Source of the DNA: Escherichia coli
Lineage (GTDB): Bacteria > Pseudomonadota > Gammaproteobacteria > Enterobacterales > Enterobacteriaceae
Strand: one strand, 5' to 3'
NCBI RefSeq assembly: GCF_003790525.1
Contig: NZ_CP033635.1
DNA: 64,000 nucleotides
In this document: piece by piece, positions 48,994-60,848 of the stretch
How positions within the stretch are numbered: the first letter of the stretch is position 1
Layout: every line of letters starts with the position of its first letter
Position numbers and translations under genes: made by a program
Notes under the pieces: generated by a model
The model's input: only the letters and a program-made list of their open reading frames with translations
What the model was told of the DNA's origin: nothing
Database searches by the model: none

Positions 48994-49992
48994 ATGATGC
49001 AGGATTTGCGTCTGATATTAATCATTGTTGGCGCGATCGCCATAATCGCTTTACTGGTACATGGTTTCTGGACCAGCCGTAAAGAACGATCTTCTATGTT
49101 CCGCGATCGGCCATTAAAACGAATGAAGTCAAAACGTGACGACGATTCTTATGACGAGGATGTCGAAGATGATGAGGGCGTTGGTGAGGTTCGAGTTCAC
49201 CGCGTGAATCATGCCCCGGCTAACGCCCAGGAGCATGAGGCTGCTCGTCCGTCGCCGCAACACCAGTACCAACCGCCTTATGCGTCTGCGCAGCCGCGTC
49301 AACCGGTCCAGCAGCCGCCTGAAGCTCAGGTACCGCCGCAACATGCTCCGCGTCCAGCGCAGCCGGTGCAGCAACCCGTGCAGCAGCCTGCCTATCAGCC
49401 GCAGCCTGAACAGCCGTTGCAGCAGCCAGTTTCGCCACAGGTCGCATCAGCGCCGCAGCCAGTGCATTCAGCACCGCAACCGGCACAACAGGCTTTCCAG
49501 CCTGCAGAGCCTGTAGCGGCACCACAGCCTGAGCCTGTAGCGGAACCGGCTCCAGTTATGGATAAACCGAAGCGCAAAGAAGCGGTGATTATCATGAACG
49601 TCGCGGCGCATCACGGTAGCGAGTTAAACGGTGAACTGCTTCTTAACAGCATTCAACAAGCGGGCTTCATTTTTGGCGATATGAATATTTACCATCGTCA
49701 TCTTAGCCCGGATGGCAGCGGCCCGGCGTTATTTAGCCTGGCGAATATGGTGAAACCGGGAACCTTTGATCCTGAAATGAAGGATTTCACTACTCCGGGT
49801 GTCACTATCTTTATGCAGGTACCGTCTTACGGTGACGAGCTGCAGAACTTCAAGCTGATGCTGCAATCTGCGCAGCATATTGCCGATGAAGTGGGCGGTG
49901 TAGTGCTTGACGATCAGCGCCGTATGATGACTCCGCAGAAATTGCGCGAGTACCAGGACATCATCCGCGAAGTCAAAGACGCCAACGCCTGA
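48994..49992 (+). CDS. zipA: Cell division protein ZipA
   Basis: ORF trimmed to ATG 48994 ([28 protein letters not shown] anchor); P/Q-rich linker; C-terminal FtsZ-binding domain. Confidence 0.88.
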
Positions 49993-50021
49993 TACACTTA
50001 AGGCAAATTAACTCCTTTTCG

Positions 50022-50046
50022 AACCCCCGCTTGTCGGGGGTTTTTA
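50022..50046 (+). terminator. Rho-independent terminator/attenuator between zipA and ligA
   Basis: Stem aacccccg / cgggggtt followed by ttttt, 17 nt before ligA ATG. Confidence 0.6.
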
Positions 50047-50053
50047 GCATTGA

Positions 50054-52078
<2,025 letters not shown>

Positions 52079-52079
52079 G

Positions 52080-52298
52080 ATGGAAAAAGAGCAGCTGATT
52101 GAAATAGCCAATACGATAATGCCGTTTGGCAAGTACAAAGGGCGTCGCTTAATCGACCTGCCGGAGGAGTATCTGCTGTGGTTTGCCCGCAAAGATGAGT
52201 TCCCGGCAGGGAAGCTCGGTGAGCTAATGCAAATCACGCTGCTGATTAAAACCGAGGGGCTGACGCAACTGGTCCAGCCCCTGAAACGCACACTTTAA
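52080..52298 (+). CDS. ypeB: Small protein of unknown function (DUF3820-like)
   Basis: 72-aa ORF from ATG 52080 (MEKEQLIEIANTIMPFGKYKGRRL), 1 nt after ligA stop; 3' end overlaps yfeH. Confidence 0.8.
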   Translation: MEKEQLIEIANTIMPFGKYKGRRLIDLPEEYLLWFARKDEFPAGKLGELMQITLLIKTEGLTQLVQPLKRTL

Positions 52299-53293
52299 GC
52301 TTTATCGGCGCTGCTTTCCTGCTGCGCCTGTAACTGTTCGGTCTGGCGTTTGTATCGACGCGCCAGCACCGCACAGACCATCAATTGGATCTGATGGAAA
52401 ATCATCAGAGGCAGCACCATCATACCGATCACCGATGTGGGGAACAGAATGTTTGCCATCGGGATGCCATTTGCCAGACTCTTTTTCGAACCACAAAAGA
52501 CGATAGTAATTTCATCTGCCTTATTGAAGCCCAGTCGGCGTGCCATAAAGACGTTAACTACAATCACGATAGCCAGAAGAACGCAACTGACCACCACGAT
52601 AAACAGCAATGATCCCCAGCCAACTTTGTGCCAGATACCGTTAACGACGGCTTCGCTGAATGCCGTATAAACCACCAACAGAATGGACGTCTGGTCAGTT
52701 TTCGCAATCCATTTTTTATTGCGCGACACCCAGTCACCAATCCACGGCCGGGAAAGATGCCCCAACACAAACGGCAGCAGCAGTTGCAGCATAATTTTAC
52801 CGACCTGCTCAAGGCTGCCCCCTGCACCGTGAACATTCATCACCAGACCAACCAGCAATGGTGAAAGGAAAATCCCCAGCAGGCTGGATGCTGACGCAGA
52901 ACAAACCGCCGCCGCGACGTTACCGCCCGCCATTGACGTGAAGGCGATTGCAGACTGCACGGTAGCAGGAAGAATGCACAAGTAGAGAAAACCGGAATAG
53001 AGCATCGGGGCGACATTTACCGGTTTCCACCAGGCAAACAGCACGCCCAAAATTGGGAACAGCACGAAGGTGCTACACATCACCCATAAATGCAGTCGCC
53101 AATGACCACCGCCTGCAATAATGGCTTCTCGCGATAACTTCGCGCCGTGCATAAAGAACAGCAGAGCAATGGCTGCGGTAGTCAGATTTTCAAAGAAGGG
53201 AACGGAATCGCCTCTGGCCGGAAAGAAAGAGGCCAGCAGCACCACCGTGATCAGGGTTAAGGTGAAAGGATCGAGGATACGAAAAAGTTTCAT
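52295..53293 (-). CDS. yfeH: Bile acid:sodium symporter (BASS)-family transporter
   Basis: 332-aa polytopic membrane ORF. Confidence 0.85.
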   Translation of the reverse strand: MKLFRILDPFTLTLITVVLLASFFPARGDSVPFFENLTTAAIALLFFMHGAKLSREAIIAGGGHWRLHLWVMCSTFVLFPILGVLFAWWKPVNVAPMLYSGFLYLCILPATVQSAIAFTSMAGGNVAAAVCSASASSLLGIFLSPLLVGLVMNVHGAGGSLEQVGKIMLQLLLPFVLGHLSRPWIGDWVSRNKKWIAKTDQTSILLVVYTAFSEAVVNGIWHKVGWGSLLFIVVVSCVLLAIVIVVNVFMARRLGFNKADEITIVFCGSKKSLANGIPMANILFPTSVIGMMVLPLMIFHQIQLMVCAVLARRYKRQTEQLQAQQESSADKA

Positions 53294-53382
53294 AAAGACT
53301 CCAGATGATCGATGGTTCTATTGTGCTTCTTCCAGTTTGAGAAATAAAATTGATTTATTGCATCCATTCATGAAGAAAACAG

Positions 53383-54309
53383 ATGAATTATTCTTTAAAA
53401 CAATTAAAGGTTTTCGTCACAGTAGCGCAGGAGAAAAGTTTTAGTCGTGCAGGAGAGCGTATCGGCCTGAGCCAGTCGGCAGTGAGTCACAGTGTGAAGG
53501 AGCTGGAAAATCATACTGGTGTTCGCCTGCTGGACAGAACCACGCGTGAAGTGGTGCTTACAGATGCAGGGCAGCAGTTGGCTTTGCGTCTTGAGCGACT
53601 GCTGGATGAACTTAACAGCACGTTGCGCGATACCGGGCGTATGGGGCAACAACTGAGCGGAAAAGTTCGGGTCGCTGCCAGCCAGACCATTTCCGCGCAT
53701 CTTATTCCGCAATGCATTGCTGAAAGCCATCGCCGCTATCCAGATATTCAGTTTGTCCTGCACGATCGTCCGCAGCAGTGGGTGATGGAAAGTATTCGCC
53801 AGGGAGATGTCGATTTTGGCATCGTCATCGATCCAGGCCCAGTGAGCGATCTGCAATGTGAAGCGATTCTTTCCGAGCCTTTCTTCTTGCTTTGCCATCG
53901 CGATAGCGCTTTGGCCGCGGAAGATTATGTCCCCTGGCAGGCATTACAGGGAGCGAAATTGGTGTTGCAGGATTACGCGTCAGGCAGCCGACCGCTGATT
54001 GACGCAGCTCTGGCGCGCAATGGTATTCAGGCGAATATTGTGCAGGAGATTGGACATCCGGCGACGCTGTTCCCGATGGTAGCCGCAGGCATCGGCATCA
54101 GTATTCTTCCCGCACTGGCGCTACCATTGCCTGAAGGTAGCCCGCTGGTGGTAAAGCGCATTACGCCGGTGGTGGAACGCCAGTTGATGCTGGTGCGCAG
54201 GAAGAACCGTTCACTTTCCACCGCCGCACAAGCGTTATGGGACGTGGTACGAGGCCAGGGCCGTGCGCTAATGGCTGGGCGGGAAGGGGATCCGCTGTAT
54301 CAGATATAG
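53383..54309 (+). CDS. yfeR: LysR-family transcriptional regulator
   Basis: 308-aa ORF with N-terminal LysR HTH ([34 protein letters not shown]); divergent from yfeH. Confidence 0.85.
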   Translation: MNYSLKQLKVFVTVAQEKSFSRAGERIGLSQSAVSHSVKELENHTGVRLLDRTTREVVLTDAGQQLALRLERLLDELNSTLRDTGRMGQQLSGKVRVAASQTISAHLIPQCIAESHRRYPDIQFVLHDRPQQWVMESIRQGDVDFGIVIDPGPVSDLQCEAILSEPFFLLCHRDSALAAEDYVPWQALQGAKLVLQDYASGSRPLIDAALARNGIQANIVQEIGHPATLFPMVAAGIGISILPALALPLPEGSPLVVKRITPVVERQLMLVRRKNRSLSTAAQALWDVVRGQGRALMAGREGDPLYQI

Positions 54310-54320
54310 AGCTATTCATA

Positions 54321-54339
54321 CTGCCGGGAGCCCCGGCAG
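54321..54339. terminator. Hairpin between convergent yfeR and yfeN
   Basis: ctgccggg agcc ccggcag inverted repeat. Confidence 0.45.
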
Positions 54340-54346
54340 TAATCAA

Positions 54347-55111
54347 TCAGAAATTAAATTTGATGGAGTAGATTATTGCATCCTGGTAAAAATCTTCGCC
54401 CAGTTTGTCATCCGCATAACGATACTGAATCCCTGTGGTGATGTGTGAAGTTGCATTCCACCAAAGTGCGACGGCACCGTTCAGACCTTCTTTGCCGCCA
54501 TTACTTGCCGCGTAGGTGGCATCACGATCAAACTCGTACTCGTTCCAGTTGGTGAGGGTGAATTTCTCACTGCCCAGCATAAAGCTGTAACCTGCAACCC
54601 AACCGGCGACATAACCGTTAACGCCGGTATAATAGGTTTGGTCTGTATAGCGTTTTGCAAAGAACGGTTTGAACCACCAACCGCTGCCGGTGAAATTGTA
54701 GCCGATCCCGTAAAGGAACATATCGTCATGGAAATTCACACGATTCGCAGAACCGTAGGTGCCATACGCATGCAAGTAGAGATTAAATCCGGTGTCACCC
54801 AGGTAAATACGGTTGGTATTTTTAAATGTGTAACGCTGCTCGCTACCCGGTTTATCATGACGATTATTATAAAAGTTTTCCCAGTCGAAGAACCCGTACA
54901 TTTCTCCCCAACTAAAGTTAGCGCCGCCTTCCAGTTCCAGATATCCAAAATCATCTTTGTGTGATTTGGTCGACGATTTCTCAGTGGTTCTGCTAGTCCA
55001 GTCAAGATAATGAATACCTATATCAGCAAAACCGCCTTTAAATTCTGCATGGGATACTGCTGGTATCGCCAATACAGAAGAGAGTGTCAGAGTAAAAAGA
55101 TGTTTTTTCAT
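54347..55111 (-). CDS. yfeN: Outer-membrane beta-barrel protein, Tsx-like nucleoside channel family
   Basis: 254-aa ORF with signal peptide, aromatic-rich sequence ending ...YSIKFNF (C-terminal Phe typical of OM barrels). Confidence 0.8.
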   Translation of the reverse strand: MKKHLFTLTLSSVLAIPAVSHAEFKGGFADIGIHYLDWTSRTTEKSSTKSHKDDFGYLELEGGANFSWGEMYGFFDWENFYNNRHDKPGSEQRYTFKNTNRIYLGDTGFNLYLHAYGTYGSANRVNFHDDMFLYGIGYNFTGSGWWFKPFFAKRYTDQTYYTGVNGYVAGWVAGYSFMLGSEKFTLTNWNEYEFDRDATYAASNGGKEGLNGAVALWWNATSHITTGIQYRYADDKLGEDFYQDAIIYSIKFNF

Positions 55112-55359
55112 AGCATAATTCCCTATGCTGATCGTTATTAGTTGATTGCTTAATAAAAAGGTTGATTAAAAGCGGCATATTGTTAATGCAAGGGAAAGGA
55201 GAGTACCAATACAGTTTTTTCAGTCTATTAATAGTGAAAAAATATAAATATATCGATATCGAATAACTATCGGATACATGAAAAAAGTGTATTGGTATGA
55301 GTTAGGGCAATCTCGTTATAAAAAGGCGTTAGATTCCACCCTACAAAAAAAGGATATAT

Positions 55360-56193
55360 ATGTATCAGGCTCAGTTTTCTCATAACCCACTGTATTGCGT
55401 AGATATTATCAAGACTTATAAACCTGATTTCACGCCACGAGTGGCCTTTATTTTAGGTTCCGGGCTGGGCGCGCTGGCCGATCAGATTGAGAACGCGGTC
55501 GCAATTTCCTACGAAAAGCTGCCTGGGTTCCCGGTAAGTACCGTACACGGTCATGCGGGTGAGCTGGTGCTGGGTTATCTCCAGGGGGTGCCAGTGGCGT
55601 GCATGAAAGGTCGCGGACATTTCTACGAAGGTCGTGGGATGACCATCATGACGGATGCAATCCGTACCTTTAAGTTGCTGGGCTGCGAGTTGCTGTTCTG
55701 CACCAATGCGGCTGGCTCACTGCGTCCTGAAGTGGGGGCCGGCAGTCTGGTCGCATTGAAAGATCACATCAACACCATGCCGGGAACGCCGATGGTGGGT
55801 CTTAATGATGAACGTTTTGGTGAGCGCTTCTTCTCGCTGGCAAATACCTACGATGCGGAATACCGCGCACTGTTACAAAAAGTGGCGAAAGAAGAGGGGT
55901 TCCCTCTGACGGAGGGCGTGTTCGTCTCGTATCCGGGTCCGAATTTCGAGACTGCGGCGGAAATTCGCATGATGCAAATTATTGGTGGGGATGTTGTTGG
56001 TATGTCTGTGGTGCCTGAGGTTATTTCTGCTCGCCATTGCGAACTTAAAGTCGTTGCGGTCTCTGCGATTACCAACATGGCGGAAGGTCTGAGTGACGTG
56101 AAGCTTTCTCATGCCCAAACGCTGGCAGCAGCGGAACTCTCAAAGCAAAACTTTATTAATCTTATTTGCGGCTTTCTGCGCAAAATTGCCTGA
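55360..56193 (+). CDS. xapA: Xanthosine phosphorylase (PNP-II)
   Basis: 277-aa ORF, purine nucleoside phosphorylase family. Confidence 0.9.
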   Translation: MYQAQFSHNPLYCVDIIKTYKPDFTPRVAFILGSGLGALADQIENAVAISYEKLPGFPVSTVHGHAGELVLGYLQGVPVACMKGRGHFYEGRGMTIMTDAIRTFKLLGCELLFCTNAAGSLRPEVGAGSLVALKDHINTMPGTPMVGLNDERFGERFFSLANTYDAEYRALLQKVAKEEGFPLTEGVFVSYPGPNFETAAEIRMMQIIGGDVVGMSVVPEVISARHCELKVVAVSAITNMAEGLSDVKLSHAQTLAAAELSKQNFINLICGFLRKIA

Positions 56194-56253
56194 GTAAAAC
56201 AACAATAAACGGCCTCACTGAGTGAGGCCATATGATGCGACAAGGAAACGATT

Positions 56254-57510
56254 ATGAGCATCGCTTTGCGCTTAAAGGTAATGTCCTTTTTGCAATATTT
56301 TATCTGGGGGAGCTGGCTGGTTACCCTCGGTTCTTACATGATTAATACCCTTCATTTCACCGGCGCTAATGTTGGCATGGTTTACAGTTCCAAAGGGATC
56401 GCCGCGATTATTATGCCTGGTATAATGGGGATCATCGCAGACAAATGGCTGCGTGCAGAACGTGCATACATGCTGTGTCACCTGGTGTGTGCAGGCGTAC
56501 TTTTTTATGCGGCATCCGTAACTGATCCGGATATGATGTTTTGGGTGATGTTAGTCAATGCGATGGCGTTTATGCCGACTATTGCGTTATCGAACAGCGT
56601 CTCTTATTCCTGTCTTGCCCAGGCAGGGCTTGACCCGGTGACCGCTTTCCCGCCCATTCGCGTTTTTGGTACTGTGGGGTTCATTGTCGCCATGTGGGCA
56701 GTAAGCCTGCTGCATCTGGAATTGAGTAGTCTGCAACTGTATATCGCGTCCGGTGCGTCATTGCTGCTGTCGGCTTATGCGCTGACTTTGCCGAAGATTC
56801 CGGTTGCGGAGAAAAAAGCGACTACATCGCTTGCCAGCAAGCTGGGCCTGGATGCCTTCGTGCTGTTTAAAAATCCACGCATGGCTATCTTTTTCCTCTT
56901 CGCCATGATGCTGGGTGCGGTGCTGCAAATTACCAACGTTTTTGGCAACCCGTTCCTGCATGATTTCGCCCGTAATCCTGAGTTTGCTGATAGCTTCGTG
57001 GTGAAATACCCGTCCATTTTACTGTCAGTTTCACAGATGGCTGAAGTCGGTTTCATTCTGACGATACCGTTCTTTTTGAAGCGTTTCGGTATTAAAACCG
57101 TCATGCTGATGAGTATGGTGGCGTGGACGCTGCGCTTTGGCTTCTTTGCCTATGGCGACCCATCACCAACCGGGTTTATTTTGCTGTTGCTGTCGATGAT
57201 TGTTTACGGTTGTGCATTCGATTTCTTCAATATTTCTGGTTCGGTCTTTGTCGAACAGGAAGTTGATTCCAGCATTCGTGCCAGCGCCCAGGGCCTTTTT
57301 ATGACGATGGTAAATGGCGTCGGCGCATGGGTTGGCTCGATTCTGAGCGGTATGGCAGTGGATTACTTCTCGGTGGATGGCGTAAAAGATTGGCATACCA
57401 TTTGGCTGATGTTTGCAGGGTATGCTCTTTTCCTCGCAGTGATATTTTTCTTTGGGTTTAAATATAACCATGACCCTGAAAAGATAACGCATCGTTCAGT
57501 TACACATTAA
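56254..57510 (+). CDS. xapB: Xanthosine permease (MFS nucleoside:H+ symporter)
   Basis: 418-aa polytopic ORF following xapA. Confidence 0.9.
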   Translation: MSIALRLKVMSFLQYFIWGSWLVTLGSYMINTLHFTGANVGMVYSSKGIAAIIMPGIMGIIADKWLRAERAYMLCHLVCAGVLFYAASVTDPDMMFWVMLVNAMAFMPTIALSNSVSYSCLAQAGLDPVTAFPPIRVFGTVGFIVAMWAVSLLHLELSSLQLYIASGASLLLSAYALTLPKIPVAEKKATTSLASKLGLDAFVLFKNPRMAIFFLFAMMLGAVLQITNVFGNPFLHDFARNPEFADSFVVKYPSILLSVSQMAEVGFILTIPFFLKRFGIKTVMLMSMVAWTLRFGFFAYGDPSPTGFILLLLSMIVYGCAFDFFNISGSVFVEQEVDSSIRASAQGLFMTMVNGVGAWVGSILSGMAVDYFSVDGVKDWHTIWLMFAGYALFLAVIFFFGFKYNHDPEKITHRSVTH

Positions 57511-57562
57511 AAGGATTCGCAGCTCTGTTCCTTGGGGCTGCTTTTATGATAAAGGTTAATTA

Positions 57563-57721
57563 GTGAAAGATATTTTATTTTCTTCTGGCGTTGGTTTTGG
57601 CATTGGTGCTTTGTTTACAATCGTGCGATTACCTATTCCTGTTCCAAATGTATTGCCGGGTATATTATCCATCGTGTTTATGTATGTCGGATATCTGGTG
57701 GTGAAATACTTTATGCCATGA
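57563..57721 (+). CDS. Candidate small hydrophobic protein (52 aa), unverified
   Basis: GTG-initiated ORF with AAGG 7 nt upstream; encodes (M)KDILFSSGVGFGIGALFTIVRLPIPVPNVLPGILSIVFMYVGYLVVKYFMP; below the ORF-track length cutoff. Confidence 0.3.
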   Translation: MKDILFSSGVGFGIGALFTIVRLPIPVPNVLPGILSIVFMYVGYLVVKYFMP

Positions 57722-57762
57722 TAATTTAATACGATATATTTTTTTATATGGAGCACTTAATT

Positions 57763-58647
57763 ATGGAACGCGTATATAGAACAGATCTTAAGTTGCTCCG
57801 TTATTTTCTTGCCGTAGCGGAAGAGTTGCATTTTGGTCGCGCAGCAGCGCGTTTAAATATGTCTCAGCCTCCGCTCAGTATTCATATTAAAGAGCTGGAA
57901 AATCAACTCGGCACGCAGCTTTTTATTCGCCATTCGCGCAGCGTCGTACTGACACACGCGGGCAAAATCTTGATGGAAGAATCGCGTCGATTGCTGGTGA
58001 ATGCAAATAATGTATTGGCTCGGGTTGAACAAATAGGTCGGGGAGAAGCAGGGCGGATTGAACTCGGGGTTGTGGGAACGGCAATGTGGGGACGGATGCG
58101 CCCGGTTATGCGGCGATTCCTTAGAGAAAATCCTAACGTTGAAGTTCTGTTTCGCGAAAAGATGCCCGCGATGCAAATGGCCTTGCTGGAACGCCGCGAA
58201 CTTGATGCCGGGATCTGGCGAATGGCGACAGAACCACCGACTGGTTTTACCAGCTTACGGTTGCATGAATCGGCGTTTCTGGTGGCGATGCCTGAAGAGC
58301 ATCATCTCTCATCATTTTCCACCGTCCCGCTGGAAGCGCTACGTGACGAGTATTTCGTTACAATGCCGCCCGTGTACACTGACTGGGATTTTTTGCAGCG
58401 AGTTTGCCAGCAGGTGGGATTTTCACCGGTTGTTATTCGCGAAGTTAATGAACCGCAAACGGTACTCGCCATGGTCAGTATGGGTATTGGTATCACATTG
58501 ATAGCGGACAGCTACGCGCAGATGAACTGGCCCGGTGTCATATTCCGTCCGCTCAAAGAACGCATCCCGGCAGACTTATATATTGTTTATGAAACGCAGC
58601 AGGTGACGCCCGCGCTGGTTAAACTGCTGGCGGCGTTGGCGCAGTAG
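57763..58647 (+). CDS. xapR: LysR-family activator of xapAB
   Basis: ORF trimmed to ATG 57763 (MERVYRTDLKLLRYFLAVAEELHFGRAAARLNMSQPPLS). Confidence 0.9.
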   Translation: MERVYRTDLKLLRYFLAVAEELHFGRAAARLNMSQPPLSIHIKELENQLGTQLFIRHSRSVVLTHAGKILMEESRRLLVNANNVLARVEQIGRGEAGRIELGVVGTAMWGRMRPVMRRFLRENPNVEVLFREKMPAMQMALLERRELDAGIWRMATEPPTGFTSLRLHESAFLVAMPEEHHLSSFSTVPLEALRDEYFVTMPPVYTDWDFLQRVCQQVGFSPVVIREVNEPQTVLAMVSMGIGITLIADSYAQMNWPGVIFRPLKERIPADLYIVYETQQVTPALVKLLAALAQ

Positions 58648-58673
58648 ATGAGAGGCACGGGAACTGCCGGACA

Positions 58674-58706
58674 TAGTTGGTCTGATAAGCGAAGCGCATC
58701 AGGCAA
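58674..58706. repeat. REP element
   Basis: ggtctgataagcgaagcgcatcaggc matches REP pattern. Confidence 0.55.
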
Positions 58707-58725
58707 TTTCGCAAATTGCAGATAG

Positions 58726-58753
58726 CAAAAAAGCGCCTTTAGGGCGCTTTTTT
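58726..58753. terminator. Bidirectional rho-independent terminator (tRNA operon / xapR)
   Basis: aaaaaagcgcc tttag ggcgcttttt: 6-bp GC stem flanked by A-run and T-run. Confidence 0.7.
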
Positions 58754-58757
58754 ACAT

Positions 58758-58833
58758 TGGTGGGTCGTGCAGGATTCGAACCTGCGACCAATTGATTAAA
58801 AGTCAACTGCTCTACCAACTGAGCTAACGACCC
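58758..58833 (-). tRNA. lysV: tRNA-Lys (anticodon UUU)
   Basis: Reverse complement is a 76-nt cloverleaf ending CCA with anticodon loop CUUUUAA. Confidence 0.95.
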
Positions 58834-58837
58834 GAAG

Positions 58838-58913
58838 TGGTGGGTGATGACGGGATCGAACCGCCGACCCCCTCCTTGTAAGGGAGGTGCTCTCCCAGCT
58901 GAGCTAATCACCC
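58838..58913 (-). tRNA. valY: tRNA-Val (anticodon UAC)
   Basis: 76-nt tRNA, reverse complement GGGTGATTAGCTCAGCTGGGAGAGCACCTCCCTTACAAGGAGG...CACCCACCA. Confidence 0.95.
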
Positions 58914-58959
58914 ACTTCGGTACTTCACATTTTTACAAGAAATTTAGCTGGCGAGAAAG

Positions 58960-59035
58960 TGGTGGGTGATGACGGGATCGAACCGCCGACCCCCTCCTTG
59001 TAAGGGAGGTGCTCTCCCAGCTGAGCTAATCACCC
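58960..59035 (-). tRNA. valX: tRNA-Val (anticodon UAC)
   Basis: Identical copy of the tRNA-Val sequence. Confidence 0.95.
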
Positions 59036-59079
59036 ACTTCTCAATTTCTTGCTACACGGCGGAGACTACATAAAGTAGT

Positions 59080-59155
59080 TGGTGGGTGATGACGGGATCG
59101 AACCGCCGACCCCCTCCTTGTAAGGGAGGTGCTCTCCCAGCTGAGCTAATCACCC
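59080..59155 (-). tRNA. valU: tRNA-Val (anticodon UAC)
   Basis: Identical copy of the tRNA-Val sequence; first gene of the operon. Confidence 0.95.
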
Positions 59156-59172
59156 CCGCTGTGTGGAGTCGC

Positions 59173-59200
59173 ATTATAGGGAGAGTTCAAAATGAGTCAA
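59173..59200 (-). promoter_or_regulatory. Sigma70 promoter of the valU-valX-valY-lysV tRNA operon
   Basis: On minus strand: TTGACT (59195-59200), 16-nt spacer, TATAAT (59173-59178), GC-rich discriminator, AT-rich UP-like sequence upstream. Confidence 0.7.
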
Positions 59201-59413
59201 CGCATTTTCTAAAGAAATTGTTCGTTCGTCGTAAATTTAAGCAAGATGATCGCAAAACAGGCCGTGCTGCGCAATTTCTCAACGAAAACAATAATGCATC
59301 ATGTAGCAACCCGAACTACATTGAGGAATCAGGCGGGAGTGATAGAATATCGCCCACTCAATTTTTCCAGGATTTGCCGGTTGTCGGCATCTTTCTAAAC
59401 GTAAGGCCATTTC

Positions 59414-60829
59414 ATGAAAATCAAAACTCGCTTCGCGCCAAGCCCAACAGGCTATCTGCACGTTGGCGGCGCGCGTACTGCTCTTTACTCTTGGCTTTTT
59501 GCACGTAACCACGGCGGTGAGTTCGTGCTGCGTATTGAAGACACCGATCTTGAGCGTTCCACGCCGGAAGCTATCGAAGCCATTATGGATGGCATGAACT
59601 GGCTGAGCCTGGAGTGGGATGAAGGTCCGTACTACCAGACCAAACGTTTTGATCGCTACAATGCGGTGATCGATCAGATGCTGGAAGAGGGCACTGCTTA
59701 TAAATGCTATTGCTCTAAAGAGCGCCTGGAAGCGCTGCGCGAAGAGCAAATGGCGAAAGGTGAGAAGCCGCGTTATGACGGTCGCTGCCGCCACAGCCAT
59801 GAGCATCACGCTGATGATGAACCGTGTGTCGTGCGTTTTGCTAACCCGCAGGAAGGTTCTGTTGTTTTTGACGATCAGATCCGTGGTCCGATCGAATTCA
59901 GCAACCAGGAGCTGGATGATCTGATTATCCGTCGTACCGATGGTTCTCCAACCTATAACTTCTGTGTAGTGGTTGACGACTGGGATATGGAAATCACGCA
60001 CGTCATCCGTGGTGAAGACCATATCAACAACACGCCGCGCCAGATCAACATCCTGAAAGCGCTGAACGCGCCCGTACCGGTTTACGCGCACGTTTCTATG
60101 ATCAACGGTGATGACGGTAAAAAACTGTCCAAACGTCACGGGGCGGTCAGCGTAATGCAGTATCGTGATGACGGTTATTTGCCAGAAGCACTGCTGAACT
60201 ATCTGGTGCGTCTGGGCTGGTCCCACGGCGATCAGGAAATCTTCACTCGTGAAGAGATGATCAAATACTTCACTCTGAATGCCGTCAGCAAATCTGCCAG
60301 TGCGTTCAACACCGACAAGCTGCTGTGGCTAAACCATCACTACATTAACGCACTGCCGCCGGAGTATGTGGCTACCCACTTACAGTGGCACATCGAGCAG
60401 GAAAATATCGATACCCGTAACGGCCCGCAACTGGCTGATCTGGTAAAACTGCTGGGTGAACGCTGCAAAACGCTGAAAGAGATGGCACAGACTTGCCGTT
60501 ATTTCTACGAAGATTTTGCTGAGTTCGATGCCGACGCCGCGAAAAAACATCTGCGTCCGGTAGCGCGTCAGCCGCTGGAAGTGGTTCGTGACAAACTGGC
60601 CGCGATTACTGACTGGACCGCTGAAAACGTTCATCACGCTATTCAGGCGACGGCGGATGAGCTGGAAGTGGGTATGGGTAAAGTTGGTATGCCGCTGCGT
60701 GTCGCCGTTACCGGTGCGGGGCAGTCTCCGGCACTGGACGTTACCGTTCACGCGATCGGTAAGACCCGCAGTATCGAGCGTATCAACAAAGCGCTGGCTT
60801 TTATTGCGGAACGCGAAAACCAGCAGTAA
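59414..60829 (+). CDS. gltX: Glutamyl-tRNA synthetase
   Basis: 471-aa ORF ([31 protein letters not shown]) with HIGH-type and KMSKS (KLSKR) motifs. Confidence 0.95.
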   Translation: MKIKTRFAPSPTGYLHVGGARTALYSWLFARNHGGEFVLRIEDTDLERSTPEAIEAIMDGMNWLSLEWDEGPYYQTKRFDRYNAVIDQMLEEGTAYKCYCSKERLEALREEQMAKGEKPRYDGRCRHSHEHHADDEPCVVRFANPQEGSVVFDDQIRGPIEFSNQELDDLIIRRTDGSPTYNFCVVVDDWDMEITHVIRGEDHINNTPRQINILKALNAPVPVYAHVSMINGDDGKKLSKRHGAVSVMQYRDDGYLPEALLNYLVRLGWSHGDQEIFTREEMIKYFTLNAVSKSASAFNTDKLLWLNHHYINALPPEYVATHLQWHIEQENIDTRNGPQLADLVKLLGERCKTLKEMAQTCRYFYEDFAEFDADAAKKHLRPVARQPLEVVRDKLAAITDWTAENVHHAIQATADELEVGMGKVGMPLRVAVTGAGQSPALDVTVHAIGKTRSIERINKALAFIAERENQQ

Positions 60830-60848
60830 TTAGCGCATAAAAGATAAA

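Noticed and set aside
49220-49595. Two overlapping minus-strand ORFs (Ala-rich, Cys/Gly-rich) across the zipA linker
   Set aside because: Products of the repetitive GC-rich zipA linker read on the wrong strand.
57556-57756. 66-aa minus-strand ORF in the xapB-xapR spacer
   Set aside because: Antisense to the operon direction and composed of AT-rich codons (Asn/Ile/Tyr/Lys); the co-oriented 52-codon plus-strand ORF is the more plausible reading, and even that is unverified.
58838-59155. Three identical 76-nt units separated by 44-46-nt unique spacers (CRISPR-like periodicity)
   Set aside because: The repeated units are canonical tRNA-Val genes with CCA ends, not CRISPR repeats; no cas genes nearby.
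58699-59508. ORFs 58699-58911 (minus) and 59086-59508 (plus) in the ORF track
   Set aside because: They overlap the tRNA-Lys/tRNA-Val genes and the gltX promoter; tRNA structure explains the sequence.
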